Below are positions 37,253-50,609 of a stretch of DNA of 64,000 bases, one piece after another. The notes below the pieces were generated by a model. It saw nothing but the letters and a program-made list of their open reading frames with translations, was not told the origin of the DNA and did no database searches. Source of the DNA: Octopus vulgaris (taxonomy: Eukaryota); the NCBI GenBank assembly GCA_951406725.2, contig OX597819.1:55614001-55678000 (forward strand), written 5' to 3'. The position numbers and the translations under genes are program-made. The number at the start of each line of letters is the position of its first letter. Positions within the stretch are counted from its first letter, which is position 1.

Positions 37253-39559
37253 TAAGAAAAATTTGGATGTTAAGTATTGTGGAAGAAGACCTTGTGAGAC
37301 CCTTAACAACAGGTTGTTGTCCACTTTTACAGAATTAACCAGAGCAATTGAAATTGCGCTCTCAGAAGTGAAATATACAACAATATTCTTATTGGTTCAC
37401 ATCACATTACATTATGGAGTTTACAGTCGTGTCTTACTATTCTTAACAACAGTGTGTCATTTGTCATTGAGGTGCTCACACACATATTCTGTCCCTGAAG
37501 TTGTATTCAGCATTTTCATCAAAACACACTGGAAGTCATGTATGCTAGCTATTAAAAAAAAACCTTGACTCCGTCTGTCACAAATGACCATGGGTGCACG
37601 TAAGAGGCTCCTCTCCGAGGTGCAAGTCTGGGTGGAAAGTTGCCTCACTGGCAAACGCACAACCTAGGGTTGTTTTTATAGAAGACTGGCAGTTACCCAT
37701 GCATACCAGCCTCCCCTTTCTGTGCCACCGATGTTATCCAAGGGAAAGGCAAAGGCAGATACAGCTTGGCACCAGTGACGTTGTGACTCATTTCTACAGC
37801 CAAGTGAACTGAAGCAACGTGAAATAAAGTGTCTTGCTCAAGAACACAACATGCAGCCCGGTCTGGGAATTGAACTTACAACCTCACAATCGTATGCTTG
37901 ACACTCTAACCACTGAGCAGTGCGCCTTTACATGCTGGCCATGAATGTTCTATTAATTATATGCATTAAGAAGGGCATCCAACTGTAGAAGCCATGCCAC
38001 AGCTGACCTGGTGCAGCCCTCTGGCTTGTCTGTTCTTGCTGAATTGTCCAACCCACGTCTTCAGGGAAAAGGGGGCATTAAATGATGATGATGAGGGGGA
38101 GGAAATCTGAATTAATTGTATCAAGCTTTAGAATAAACGTCTTAGATGATGCAGCATGGAATTTTGTCAGTGAACAGGTCGTGGTCTCAAAACGACAAAA
38201 ATATTTTGACAAATTAAATTGAAATGTTGAAGTGAATCTAATAGTTTTTGTGTGTTTCTTAAATGGCTTATAAACACCTTCCACGTTGCAATTGTTGTCG
38301 TCTTAGATGAGTTTATCGTTTAAAAAAAAACATCACCACCACCCCAATCAACATCATTACCTGCACCATCACAATCATCATCGTATCTGCTTTTCATACT
38401 GGCATGGACTAAACCTCAATTGTTTCATGTACTCTTTATTTCAATCTGTTTATTCTGTACATCAGTAATCCAACCTTTGTCCTAACTAAGGGCAGTAACT
38501 CTCTTATCCATTATGATATTTGGTTTAGGAACGAATGTTTCTAGTTCAATTCGGTTTGGTTACTACGTATAAATGCATATAGAGAAATAAGACATCTAAT
38601 TATGATCAACGAGCAAGCTACTTGAAAGGTAGGGTAAATGTAAATATTTTAAAAAATACTCCCTTGCTATATAATCTAAAAAATTGTAAAAGCATTACAT
38701 TTTAAATCCCCAAGTAGAGATTTGGAATCTTTTATATGTTTATATGTATTAATATCTGTAGCAAGATGAAGGCGGCAAGCTGGCAGAATCGGTAGGAGCA
38801 TTTCATCCGTCTTTATGTTCTGAGTTCAAATTCTGCCATGGTTGACTTTGTTTTTCTTCCTTTTATGCTTGATAAAATAAGTACCAGTTGAGCACTGGGT
38901 TTGATCATCATCATCATCATCATCCTTGTTTAACATCTGCTTTCCTTGCTAGCATAGGCTAGACGATTTGACTGAGGACTGGCGAGCCAGATGGCTGCAC
39001 CAGGCTCCAATCTGATCCGGCAGAGTTTCTACAGCTGGATGCCCTTCCTAACGCCAACCACTCCAAGAGTGTAGTGGGTGCTTTTACGTGCCACTGGCAC
39101 GAGGGCCAGTCAGGCAGTACTGGCAATGGCCACGTTCAAGTTGTATTTTTTTACATGCCACCTGCACAGGAGCCAGTCCAGTGGCACTGGCAACAACTTC
39201 GCTTGAATGTTTTTTCACGTGCCACTAGCACAGGTGCCAGAAAGTTTTGATATACTTAGAAAGAAAGCATTAGAAATGAGGTCTGGTTGTAAAATACTCC
39301 TTCAAGAAGTTTTATCCAACCTGTTCCAACATGGGAAAAGTGGTTATATAAATGACAATGATGAAGCTGATATATACTCACAAGTCATAGAAACCATGCC
39401 AAAACATACATAGGAGTTTGGTGCTGCCCTCTAGCTTACTAGCTACTGTCCAACCCATGCCAGCATGGAAGACAGATGGTAAATGATGATGATTATTGTT
39501 ATTATTATTATTATTATTTTATGTTTGACTTTTGCTTTACATTTGTACAAGTTGGCTCC

Positions 39560-39990
39560 AAGTCTTACCCAGAGACCTCAAGAGACAATAAGTTGGAAGT
39601 TCATGTTGGTGTTATGCCTAGGGTGCCATATATTTGGTTTTGTACATAGTGTTGTTGTTCTAGAGAATGTTTAAGAAACCATAAGAAAATTATGTTTGTT
39701 TTAAGACTTGAGATTACATAGAAAGTATTTTGCATAGGATATGGGCAGTTCCCATGAGCACTATCTTTTGAATTTCTGCCGTTTTGGGCTTTCCTGGTAT
39801 CTGAGCTAGGTAGCAATCAGCCCCTTTTGCTATCATTCCCAGGACACCTATAACAACAGGTATTGTTTTAGTCTTTAGGTTCCATATTTTGCTAATTTCT
39901 ATTTCAAGATCTTTATACTTGCTCAGTTTTTGGTAGGTTTTGACAGATACGTTTATATCGATTGGGACAGTCATATCAATGGTAGGCCTT
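39560..39990 (-). mobile_element. RLE-type non-LTR element 3' end
   Basis: IDMTVP.D.NV..K..QKLSKYKDLEIEI...W......IPVVIG.LG...EIQK.VL.GTAHIL. Confidence 0.85.
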
Positions 39991-40580
39991 GACAGATACA
40001 TTTGGTAGGTCTTGACAGTATTATTATTATTATTATTATTATTTTTATTACTGTTGTTGTTATTGTCGTCACCACCGCCGCCGTTCACTCATTAATTCCA
40101 GGGAGTGACATGTTCAAAAGAAGCTATGCGTGGCCGCTTAGAATAAAGAACTCAAAGATAGGTTTGAGAGTGAATATTGTGATGGCAAGATATTGCTTTG
40201 CTTGGAAACAGGGAAGGGTTGGTGATCTGCCTCTACATGGAAAAGTAGGCATTAGATAGTGATGAAAATACTGATGTGTGTGTATGTGTGTGTGTGTGTG
40301 TGTGTGTGCATGCATGCACACATACATACGTTTGTGATAAGTTTTTTACCTAGGTTGTGTCTACCAAATTCCAATCTGTCAAACAGAAGCTGTGATAGAA
40401 AGCATTCGGTCAATGTGTCACAAAGTTTACAAATTTCCTCATTACAGTCATACCTGTACTCACCTCAAATTGAAGTCTTCAGTTAGAGCACAATGAGTTA
40501 TCAACTTTTAATTTTTCTTAATAAAAAAATGATTGTAATACCATATCAATACAACTTAAATTTCTTTTCTTTTTTCCTAG

Positions 40581-40605
40581 ATATGAAGAAACTGAGGATG
40601 CATAG
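40581..40605 (+). CDS. LZTFL1: LZTFL1 terminal coding exon: (K)YEETEDA-stop
   Basis: Strong pyrimidine tract tttcttttcttttttcctag; phase 2 fits the previous exon; YE..ED resembles the LZTFL1 C-terminus; TAG at 40603-40605. The nine exons total 909 nt in one frame. Confidence 0.9.
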
Positions 40606-41170
40606 AGATAATGTAGAGAAACTGAGGATGCATAGCAACCATGCAAATGGTAACCGTCCATCTGTTAAGTCCGTCCAGTTGCACATAATCATTCCACACT
40701 TAAAATTTAAAAGCAAAAATCCTCAATCTTTTTTTTTATATTAATTTATGCTATGACACAAATGCTTTTCTCTTTTTCTTTTCTTATTTTCCTTGATAGC
40801 ATCTGTCTGTCATTAGATGAATTGTGGGGATGTGTTTGCTGATCAAACAATTCATTCGTACTCACGCAGATGTAAATAGTACTTGCGATCTATTAAGCAG
40901 TTCTATTAGATCAAACCTTTATTTATCACACTGAGATATTTGAATTATTTAGGAATTGTTGATTACTAGCTTATTCATTCTTGATCTCTTACCAGATTAT
41001 CAAATTCCACTGCAGTATTATTTCCACCTTTATCTCATGGATTAACTTAATGAAAATAAAAGCACCTTCTCATGCATTTTCACAAAATATAAAGTATTTT
41101 CACAGTAAAAGAAAATTACTAAATAATAAATAATGTTCCGTCCTATCACATTAAAGATGAACACGATTAT
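40606..41170 (+). promoter_or_regulatory. Probable LZTFL1 3' UTR with candidate poly(A) signals
   Basis: Repeat-free AT-rich sequence after the stop; AATAAA at 41055-41060 and 41125-41130. True 3' end unknown. Confidence 0.5.
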
Positions 41171-41220
41171 ACATATCAAAGCTGCCTTAACTCTGTAACA
41201 TATATATATATATATATGTA

Positions 41221-41749
41221 TATAAATTAGAGAAGAACCAACCTTTTATCAGTTCAACAATGAAATAACAATGATATAATTAAATTATACCATATAGAAA
41301 AAAAATCATATATACAATAAAAACATATACAAATAATTAAGTAAAGTATACAATAATAAATAAAAAGTATATAATTGGTAAATTATATACTTCATATAAT
41401 ATTATATAAATTATATATATATATATATCTACTTTATATATATTATATAAATTAAATTCCTTTTACCAATTATATACTTTTTATTTATTATTGTATACTT
41501 TATTTACTTAATCATTGGTATATGTTTTTATTGTTTTTATTGTATATATAATTTTTTTTCTATATGGTGTAATTTAATTAGAAACATTGCCAGATCAAAC
41601 TGGGCCTGGTGCAGCCTTCTGGCTTCCCAGACCCCAGTTGAACCGTCCAACCCATGCTAGCATGGAAAGCGAACGCTAAACGATGATGATGATGATGATT
41701 GTTATTTCATTGTTGAATTGATAAAAGGTCGGTTCTTCTCTAATTTATA
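41221..41749. repeat. AT-rich inverted repeat (~160-bp arms), right arm interrupted by a family C tail
   Basis: 41221-41382 versus 41462-41579 plus 41700-41749; a related single arm at ~8720-8890. Confidence 0.82.
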
Positions 41750-41840
41750 TGCGTATATTATATATTGTGAAATTTGATTTAGCATTACTAAATTCAATTT
41801 CTCCTTGTAAGTTTGGAATAATATTCCCTAAGATTATTAT

Positions 41841-41874
<34 letters not shown>

Positions 41875-42138
41875 CATACATACATAAATATACACACACA
41901 TATATATGTATATATGATGAATTGAGTAGATGGAAACTGTGGAACTCCATTGAATAGACCATACTTGTGATAGAAGATCCCAGTCATGTCTCTCACAATA
42001 TCACATTAATTCTGATTGAAGAACATATGGTAAATGTCTGCATATGTTTGTTGAATATTCATCAGATTTATATTTTGATTCACTGCATACATATTTCTAT
42101 TGATTGAATTACTGAAAATCTGTATTAGAGTCTATTGC

Positions 42139-42170
<32 letters not shown>

Positions 42171-42404
42171 TGTATAAGTGTTAATTTAAGGTCATTATTT
42201 TAAAGCAAGCTTTATAGAATAATAAAGTATTTACTGATTGTGAGAGTCAATATTGTCAGATTGTGAGAGTCAATATTGAAAGTTGAGTCAAAGGTTATAA
42301 AATTAATTTCGATTGGGACAGGTTGAATAATATGCCATTTGGTGAAACTTAAAGGACCCAGTGAAAATGAAATTTACAATATGTGTGTGTGTGTGTGAGT
42401 GTAG

Positions 42405-42455
<51 letters not shown>

Positions 42456-43007
42456 TAGATATAATATTATCTGTACCCAGGTCAACCTAATCAAGTCAAA
42501 CGCATAAACTGTAAACAAGTCGAATCTAAATCCAATTAAGTCTTACATATAGAAATGTAATATGTATACATTTATGGATATTTACTTTTACACATACATT
42601 CATATTTAAAATGTTTGCATTTCGTTTTATGATATTTTATTATCTTACAAAAGTGTAGTTACTTAGTAATTATATTTTGTCTGTTAATACTTTCTCTCTT
42701 CACAAATTCAAAAATAAAATTTCGAAAATTTCACTTGTTTTGTTTTACTTTCCATATGAAAGATTTGGTTTTGATATGCTATGCTTGTATTATATTGACA
42801 AAACCTTTGGTTTCTTAAAGCATTACTTTATTCCATTCAAAGAGACATGGTTTAAACTCTATCATAAGCTTAAACTTTGCCTCTAGAAATGTGTTTGGTG
42901 GAATTGTGGTTTAAGCATCCCATATAACCCTTCATAACTTTATTTTTTGGAATTTTGTGAAATTTTTTGCAAATTTGTATTCTACATTTGGGAATTCACA
43001 CAAATTA

Positions 43008-44668
43008 TCATCATTATCATTATCATCAATTAACATCTGTTTTCCATGCAGGCATGGGTTGGACGGTTTGGCCGAGGTCTGGAGAGCACCAGGCTCCAAT
43101 TTGATCTGGCAAAGTTTCTACAGCTGGATGCCCTTCCTAATGCCAACTACTCTGAGAGTGTAATGGGCACTTTTTACATGCCACCGGCATGGGAGCAGTC
43201 AGGTGGACCTGGTATTGACCACGTTTGGATGGGAGTCAGTCTGTAGGTACTGGCATTGGCCACGTTTGGTTGGTGCGTTTTATGTACCACCAGCACAGGA
43301 GCCAGTCAGGGGACGCTGGACCCCGCTATGATATTGGTTTTACTTGACTCAACAGGTCTTCTCAAGCATATCATATTGCCCAACGCATCAGGGGTATTCT
43401 TAACAGGGTTGGACATGCATGCTGCGATCTCACTTTAGTTGCTGGGTTTTCTCAATCACAGCATATCTCTAAAGGTCCCGGTCTCTTGTCATTGCCTCTG
43501 TGAGGCTTAATGTTCAAAGGTCATGCTTCACCACCTCATCCCATGTTTTCTTGGGTCTACCTCTTCCACAGGTTCCTTCTACAGTTAGGAAGTGGCACTT
43601 CCTCATACAGCTGTCTTCATTCATATGTAACACATGGCCATACCAGCGCAGTTGCCTCTCTTGCATACAACATTTGATTCTTCTTATGTCCAACTTTTTT
43701 CTCAGGGCACTTACACTCTGTCGTGTTTGCACACTGACAGTATATATCCAGCCGATCATACTAGCTTCATTTCTTTCAAGCCTACACATGTCCTCAGCAT
43801 TCATGGCCAATGTTTCACTGCCGTGTAGCATGGCAGTTCACACACATGCATCATACAGTCTACCTTTCACCCTGAGTGTGAGGCCCTTAGTTGCCAGCAG
43901 AGGTAGGTGCTCCCTGAACTTTGCCCAGGCTATTCTTACTCTAATCGCTACACTTTCAGAGCAACTACCCCCACTACAGATTTGGTCGCCTAGGTAGCAG
44001 AAGCTATTAGCGTCTAGTTTCTCTCCCTGGTATGTGATGGAATCTGTTTTCTGTACATCTTCAGTGTTTATTGTCCCAGTGCATCTGCCACATACAAAAA
44101 CTATTTTCCTGGTTAACCTTCCTTTGATATTGTGGCACCTTTTATGTGTCCATAGCTTACACCGGGTACATCGTATGGAGTTTCTACCCACACCTTTCTA
44201 CAGATCGAGCGGGGCTATCTACCTGAAATGGGTCGTGATTTGACAGCCTTCCTACTTACTAAGACTTTGGATTTGGCTAGGTTAACCCTAAGGTCCTTCG
44301 ATTCTAGACCTTGCTTCCACACCCTAAACTTTATCTCAGTTCTGGCAGTGACTCAGCTATTAGAGCAAGGTCATCAGCATAGAGGAGCTCCCAGGAGCAG
44401 CCTGTCTTGACTTCCTCTGTTATTTCCTGGAGGACTATAATGAATAAGAGGGGGCTGTGGACTGATCCTTGGTGGACCCTTAGCTCTACTTGGAATTCTT
44501 CACTATACTCGTTGCCAACCCTCATCTTATGGACAGCATCCCTGTTCAGGGCTTGTACAGCTCTTACCAGCCACTTGTCTATCCCCAGTTTCTGCATTGA
44601 CCACCAGATAAGGGATCAGAGAACCCTGTTGAAGGCTTTCTCCAACTCAACAAAAACCAAGTACAGAG
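43008..44668 (-). mobile_element. 5'-truncated RTE-clade LINE (RT C-half, C-terminus, 3' UTR, (GAT)n tail)
   Basis: VHQGSV.SPLLF, ELLYADDL, RLYDACV..AMLHGSET, ERQLRWYGHV, GRGRPKKTW; frameshifted. Confidence 0.93.
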
Positions 44669-45837
44669 GCGTGGAAAAAAAAAATTTTGTGTATGGTCTA
44701 AGGGGAGTTTTTGTCTAATTTTTAACCCACTTCCACCATAAATCTTAAAAGTTCTGCTCTTTGTGGTTTTTTTTTTTTTTACATCAGAGTTTAAATTACA
44801 GAGTCCAAATTTTTGTTGCTACCCAGCAATGGACCATTAGTGTGTTTATGGGGAGAAAAATATTGAAAAACAATACATGTCAGAGCGACAAAGAAATGAG
44901 GACGGTATCAGATGGTCATGAGATGTGCTAAAAACATCAGCTAAATCTCCCTTAAATCACACAAAATTCACCAGCACTAATAGTAATATTACTCTCCAAA
45001 GTGCTTGGTTAGTAATATTAAATTTAAAATGATGGCTGTGAGTAGCAGAATTGTTAGCATGCTGGTTGAAATGCTTAGTGGCATTTCGTCCATCTATACG
45101 TTCTGAGTTCAAGTTCTGCTGAGTTTACTTTGCCTTTCATCCTTTTGGGGGTCTATAAAATAAGCACTGGGGTCGATTTAATCATTGACTCAGACCCTCC
45201 CTTAAACCCGCTGGCCTTATGTCAAAATTGGTTAGAGTGAATAATGATTTTTGTACCATATTTTTCACATGTCCTTGCATGTATATAAGCGGACATAACA
45301 CCAGAGGCAATGACAAATGACCAAGACCTTTGGCATTATGTCGTGCTTCAGAAGAAGACCCATCAAGCCAAGTGAAATCGAAGTTGGGGTGGACACTGGT
45401 GTCATGCAACTGGCATGTAATAGCACCTATTAAATTCTCGGACTGGTTGGCATTAGGAAGGGCATCTAGCCGTTGAAACTGTGCCAAATCAAACTGGAGT
45501 CGAGTGCAGCCCATCAGCTTATCAGCCCTGGTCAAACCGTCCAACCCCTGCCAACGGACATTAAAAGATAATGAAATTCTTGTAAAAATTTGTATGGTTA
45601 ACAGGGGAGATAACTGTTGCACAATTATTGTAGTTAAGTCCCTTTAACTCATCGTTAAAAAACGTAAGATATACTCGATATTATCCCCATCGTTCTTGTT
45701 AGGTCAACTGAAATACCTCTTCATTAAATGAACATTTGGCTGGCGGCCCCTTTTAATTACAGTGTCTACCTAACCAATTTCGCTAATTATGGGTAAACCG
45801 AAGGCCATAAAAAGTTAATAAGCATTTATTCGAAATT

Positions 45838-45908
45838 TTACACTGGGATTGAAAGCAAGACCTCAAAGTCGGGAAGCGAACGCCTTAACCATTCAGCCGT
45901 ACTGGACC
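45838..45908 (-). pseudogene. tRNA-like (Gly-like) sequence, probably a SINE head or pseudo-tRNA
   Basis: Minus strand ...ggctgaatggttaaggcgttcgcttcccgactttgaggtcttgctttcaatccc: A/B-box-like motifs but poor stems. Confidence 0.4.
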
Positions 45909-45999
45909 AACAGGTATACTAGGACTTTATCGGTATCGTAATTGTTCAGACATATGATCGAAACTATTTCATCTGTTTTGACTGACATAATACTTAAAC

Positions 46000-46400
46000 A
46001 AGGCGCATTCCAGAAGTTTTGCGATATTTTCAGGAGAGACATTTATTAAATTCAAATATGTACAAAATCTTCTTCAAAGTAGGATCGTCTGATTTCACTG
46101 TGTGTTTGTTGTGGCGCTCGAGCCACTTTGTGAAGGTGTCCAAGGCTCTTGTTACATCTTATCAGTTCTTGTTACTTCATCTTTTCAATGACTTCAAAAC
46201 GACTACACCTGAGGTTTCCCTTCAGCTTGGGGAACGGCCGCAAGCCACAGGGAGAGAGGTCTGGACTATAGGGAAGCTGAAGAACTGTTTTGTTGCCCAT
46301 CTCTGTGAAATGGTTGATTACTTGGATGGAATTGTGACAAGCAATGTTGAACAAGGTGTGTTCAAAGTGCTGTTACAGCTGTCTCCTATCTGGAATGACA
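46000..46400 (-). mobile_element. Decayed mariner fragment
   Basis: ORF 46172-46354 VLQLPYSPDLSPC..PFPKLKGNLR..RFE.IE. Confidence 0.7.
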
Positions 46401-49365
46401 AAAGTTGACATGTCAGCTTATTAGATGTATAATAATGATATACTAAAATTGCAATAATCTAAGACAATTATAACTGCCTCTCCTGAGAGAGTCTTAAAAC
46501 TTCTGGAATTACTCTTGCATTTCATATTTGTCTTCAGTTTGCAAGATTCTTCTATCTTTGCAGACCCAGAGTAGAGAAGACATGTTGTTGATGAGGTTAC
46601 AAGTGGCAATGAAAGGACTTTGACAAATCTATTTGTCTGACTGAGTGAATAATCAAATGATTAGTTGATTGGTTAAATGTAAATTTGGAAAGGGATCTAT
46701 GACAAGCGAAAAGCCAGAAATAGTTAATAGAGAAAGGTGAGGGTAGGGGAGTAAATGTAAATGCAGAGTGTAATGAAAGTCTTTTACTTTTATTTATTTC
46801 AGCCATTATGCTGTGGCCGTGATGGGGCAAAACCTTCAAGGATTTAATTGAATGAAATGAACCCAGCATTTATTTTTCTTTAAAGCCTGGTGCCTATTCT
46901 ATCGGTCTCATGCCAAACTGCTAAGTTATGAGGCTGTAAATACATCAACACCTGTTGTCAGCCGGTGATGGGGGACCAACAAAGACACACACTTGTGCAT
47001 GTGCACGTGCACACACACGCACACACACAATAGGCTTCTTTCAGTTTCCATCAACCAAATCCACTCACAAGGCTTTGGTTGGCCTAAGGCTTTAGTAGAA
47101 GACACTTGCCCAAAGTGCCACGCAGTGGGACTGAACTCAGAACCATGTAGCTGGGAGGCAAACTTCTCACCACACAGCCACACTTGGCAGGTACATTTAT
47201 TCATGTGGCTAAGGAGATCATCATCATCATCATCATCATTTGATGCCAGAGAGAAAGAACAATGATACCAGAAGGAGCAGAATAGGAGGAAAGACAGAAG
47301 GAACAAGAGTATAATGGGAAGCATTGTCTGTCTAGCAGAATGAACCAAGTCATCATCATCATTATCGTTTAACGTCCATTTTCCATGCTAGCATGGGTTG
47401 GACGGTTCGACTGGGGTCTGGGAAGCCAGGAGGCTGCACCAGGCCCAGTCTGATCTGGCAGCATTTCTATAGCTGGATGCCCTTCCTAACACCAACCATT
47501 CCGTGAGTGTAGTGGGTGCTTTTTACATGCCACCGGCACAGGGGCCAGAGGAGGCTGGCACAGCCACGATCGGTTGGTGCTTTTTATGTGCCACCGGCAT
47601 GGAAGCCAGCCAGGGCGGAGCTGGCATCGGCCACGTTCAGATGGTGTTTTTTACGTGCCACCGGCACGGGTATCACAACTACAATTTCCATTTGATTTTT
47701 ATTTTGATGTTGATGTACTTGATTCAATAGGTCTCCTCAAGCACAGCAAGTCGCCCCACAATCCAAGGTAAGTACAGCAGGCCGTCCTGTGATCCAAAGT
47801 ACTTTGAATGGGCTGGGGCTGGTTGTGTGAAGCTGGTGTTGGATACAGCCATGAACTCACTTTATTTATTGGGTCTTCACACAGTTGATTATTAAGTTCC
47901 TATCCAAAGAAATGGGGCTGTTACTAGCTTAAAGAAACCCTTATATGATCTTTTAAAAACTTTAATTTGTCTTGAAACATTGCTGTGTCTTAGTAGTTCT
48001 TTGTCAGCAACAAAAACAAATTTAAAATTAAAATACTGTTCTGCTTGCTATAAGCTATATTTTCCCATGAAACTTTCACAGGATTTTAAAAAATAACATC
48101 TTTTATGTTCCCTATGTAATCTTATTCTTAATTATTAACCTTTGTTATCAGAATATATACATTAGATTACAAAATACTACTGAAGATAATTTATGAAGTA
48201 TGGAAATATGGCTGAAGGAAAGACAGACTGTTGTGATAATAAATGAATTAAACTTTACTCTATAACTTATACTCTCTCTATTACAGATGTCATTACTTAA
48301 CATGATAGACTCACCCATCGAAAATGATGTATGATTGTTCAGTTTTTGCCAAATGACCTGCACAAATGATTTGTTTATGGTGATCAAAAGTATGTACTGT
48401 ACATTAGCTCACTTTATCCATTGAATTGATGAGGTTTGAACAGGGGCACACTGTGTCACGTGTTGAAATGACTGCAGAGCAGTGTGAAATGAAGTGTTTT
48501 GCTCGAGAACTCATTGCACCACCTGGTCTAGGAATTGAAACCTCAATCTTGCAATTGTTAATGTAACTCCCTAACCACTAGGCCAGTGCGTTCTCACATT
48601 ACATATCACTGTCAATTCAACTGAAAAACTTCATAGTTATGTGGCTAGAAATGTAACAGCTTCAATTATAAAAGTAATTTCTTTGATGATTTATTGGTTA
48701 CATTTACTATTTACTATCATTACCTGCACTACATCTTGATGTAAAGGGTCTCTGCTTATTCTCAATAGCTTTGTTTATTTTGTGCTTCTGTTTTAGTCTT
48801 CATCAAGTCACGAGCTCCTCTTCCCCTCCGCATTGTTCTCAGCCAAGTAATCCTTACACCTTCATCTGCTATCTGTTTTACTGCTTGGTGTATTTGATGA
48901 TGTTCTGACTTTAATTCAAACATTGCCATTGGAAATGAAGGATACTGCTTGTCCACAACTATCAGGACAAGGAAACATAAACACACACTCACACACATAT
49001 GCATTTCTATACATACACCAGGTTTAGCCAAAAGTTTTTTTTCAGATTTTTACTCTTTTACTTGTTTCATTCATTTGACTGTGGTCATGCTGGAGCACCA
49101 CCTTTAATCAAGCAAATCGACTCCAGGACTTATCCTTTGTAAACCTAGTACTTATTCTATCGATCTCTTTTTGCCGAACCGCTAAGTTACGGGGAAGTAA
49201 ACACACCAGCATCGGTTGTCAAGCGATGGTGGGGGGACAAACACAGACACACAAACATATACACACACTTACACATATATGTACATATACACGACAGGCT
49301 TCTCTCAGTTTCCGTCTACCAAATCCACTCACAAGGCTTTGGTGGGTTGGTATTAAATGGGTTAA

Positions 49366-49587
49366 CCCTTTCATTACTGTATTTATTTTGAGATGCTCTG
49401 TATTTTTTTTCAATTACTTTAAATAAAACAAAGAATTTTATAAAATAACTTAGTTATCATTAAGCTGGTGTTAGGAACATAAATTATGACTAAGGTTTGG
49501 TGGAAGAATTTAATTCAAAACTTATGAAAACAAGACATTTGTACTACAGAGCCAGAGCTGGTTTCAGCCGGGTTGGTAACGAAAGGG
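49366..49587. mobile_element. piggyBac-type MITE
   Basis: ttaa|ccctttcattac ... gtaacgaaaggg|ttaa. Confidence 0.8.
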
Positions 49588-50088
49588 TTAAAATTCATTT
49601 TAGAAATCTTTCCTATTTCAGAGATAAATAAGGAGTAATACTGTAATAGTGATCTTAAAGTTTGACCTAATTACCAGCTGACATTACTATTTAGATAAAC
49701 TTCTGTTGCCTAATTTTTACCTCAAATTTCTCACATTTTGTTTTTTTCTTTCACATGCTCTCTATATATCTGCCTCCCTCCACCTTTCACACACACAAAT
49801 TCAGAAATTATTTATCATGCTTTTAGCAACCACTGAAATATTTCTGAAGCTAGTGAGAATTAAAACCTTCAGGATAGTAAAACACCAGGAAGGGACTCGA
49901 ATGTTGGACACTAGTGAGCTAGTCTTCTGTCAACCAAATCTTATCAACCTGTACTAGTAAGCTCTTAATGGGAATAGTTGCATATCACACTGGTTATCTC
50001 TGGCAAAGACAAAACTGATCCCCAAAAGCAGAACCATGTGGCAAAAAACTATCAACTAATTGAAGGTCAGAATTTAATGTATAAAATA

Positions 50089-50603
50089 CTAGCAGTATCG
50101 CCCGGTGTTGCTCGGGTTTGTAAGGGAAATAACTATATAAGCATTTTTAGAGAGTTACTTCCCTTATAGATGCCAATTCGGGCTTTCTTAGCCATTTCTG
50201 TTTTGGTGTCTTCAAGCCATGAAGTCGTTGTTCTAAAAGAACGCTGGTCTCCTTGACAACGCTTTACAACGTTGATTTCCTTACACTCCCTTCCCCACAG
50301 CTTCACGATGGGAGGGAAGAAGGGGGAGAAGCAAACAGGTGCAGGTGTGACCATGGACGCCAACTCCGCCGCCATCAACACACGAAAAATTATGCATTAA
50401 AATGGAATAAAAAATGATGTTAAATTATTTTTAAAATCGTAGACTCATCGTAGACGTGCGCTAAATACTCAGACGGGCTCGATATGAATCACGACTATAA
50501 GATACCCGAATTTGGTTAAACTGCACCGCAAAATGTGGGAGTAGTTAGGAATCTAAATCGAAGGGGACAGACACTCACACAACTACAGTTTTATATATAT
50601 AGA
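50089..50603 (-). mobile_element. Non-autonomous Helitron, same family as 16618-17011
   Basis: Reverse-complement ends ctagcagtatcgcccggtgttgctcggg and tatatataga; shared blocks with 16640-17011. Confidence 0.85.
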
Positions 50604-50609
50604 TATACA

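Noticed and set aside
38160-38300. Repeat fragment with tttgtca/tgacaaa pairing, considered as a ribozyme
   Set aside because: No CTGANGA core on either strand.
40603-40611. Stop-codon read-through by A-to-I editing of TAG
   Set aside because: An in-frame TAA follows one codon later, so any extension would be trivial.
48288-48389. Exon-like segment with good acceptor and gtatgt donor
   Set aside because: Stops in all three frames and no recognisable homology; similar unsupported splice-like signals near 46563 and 48797.
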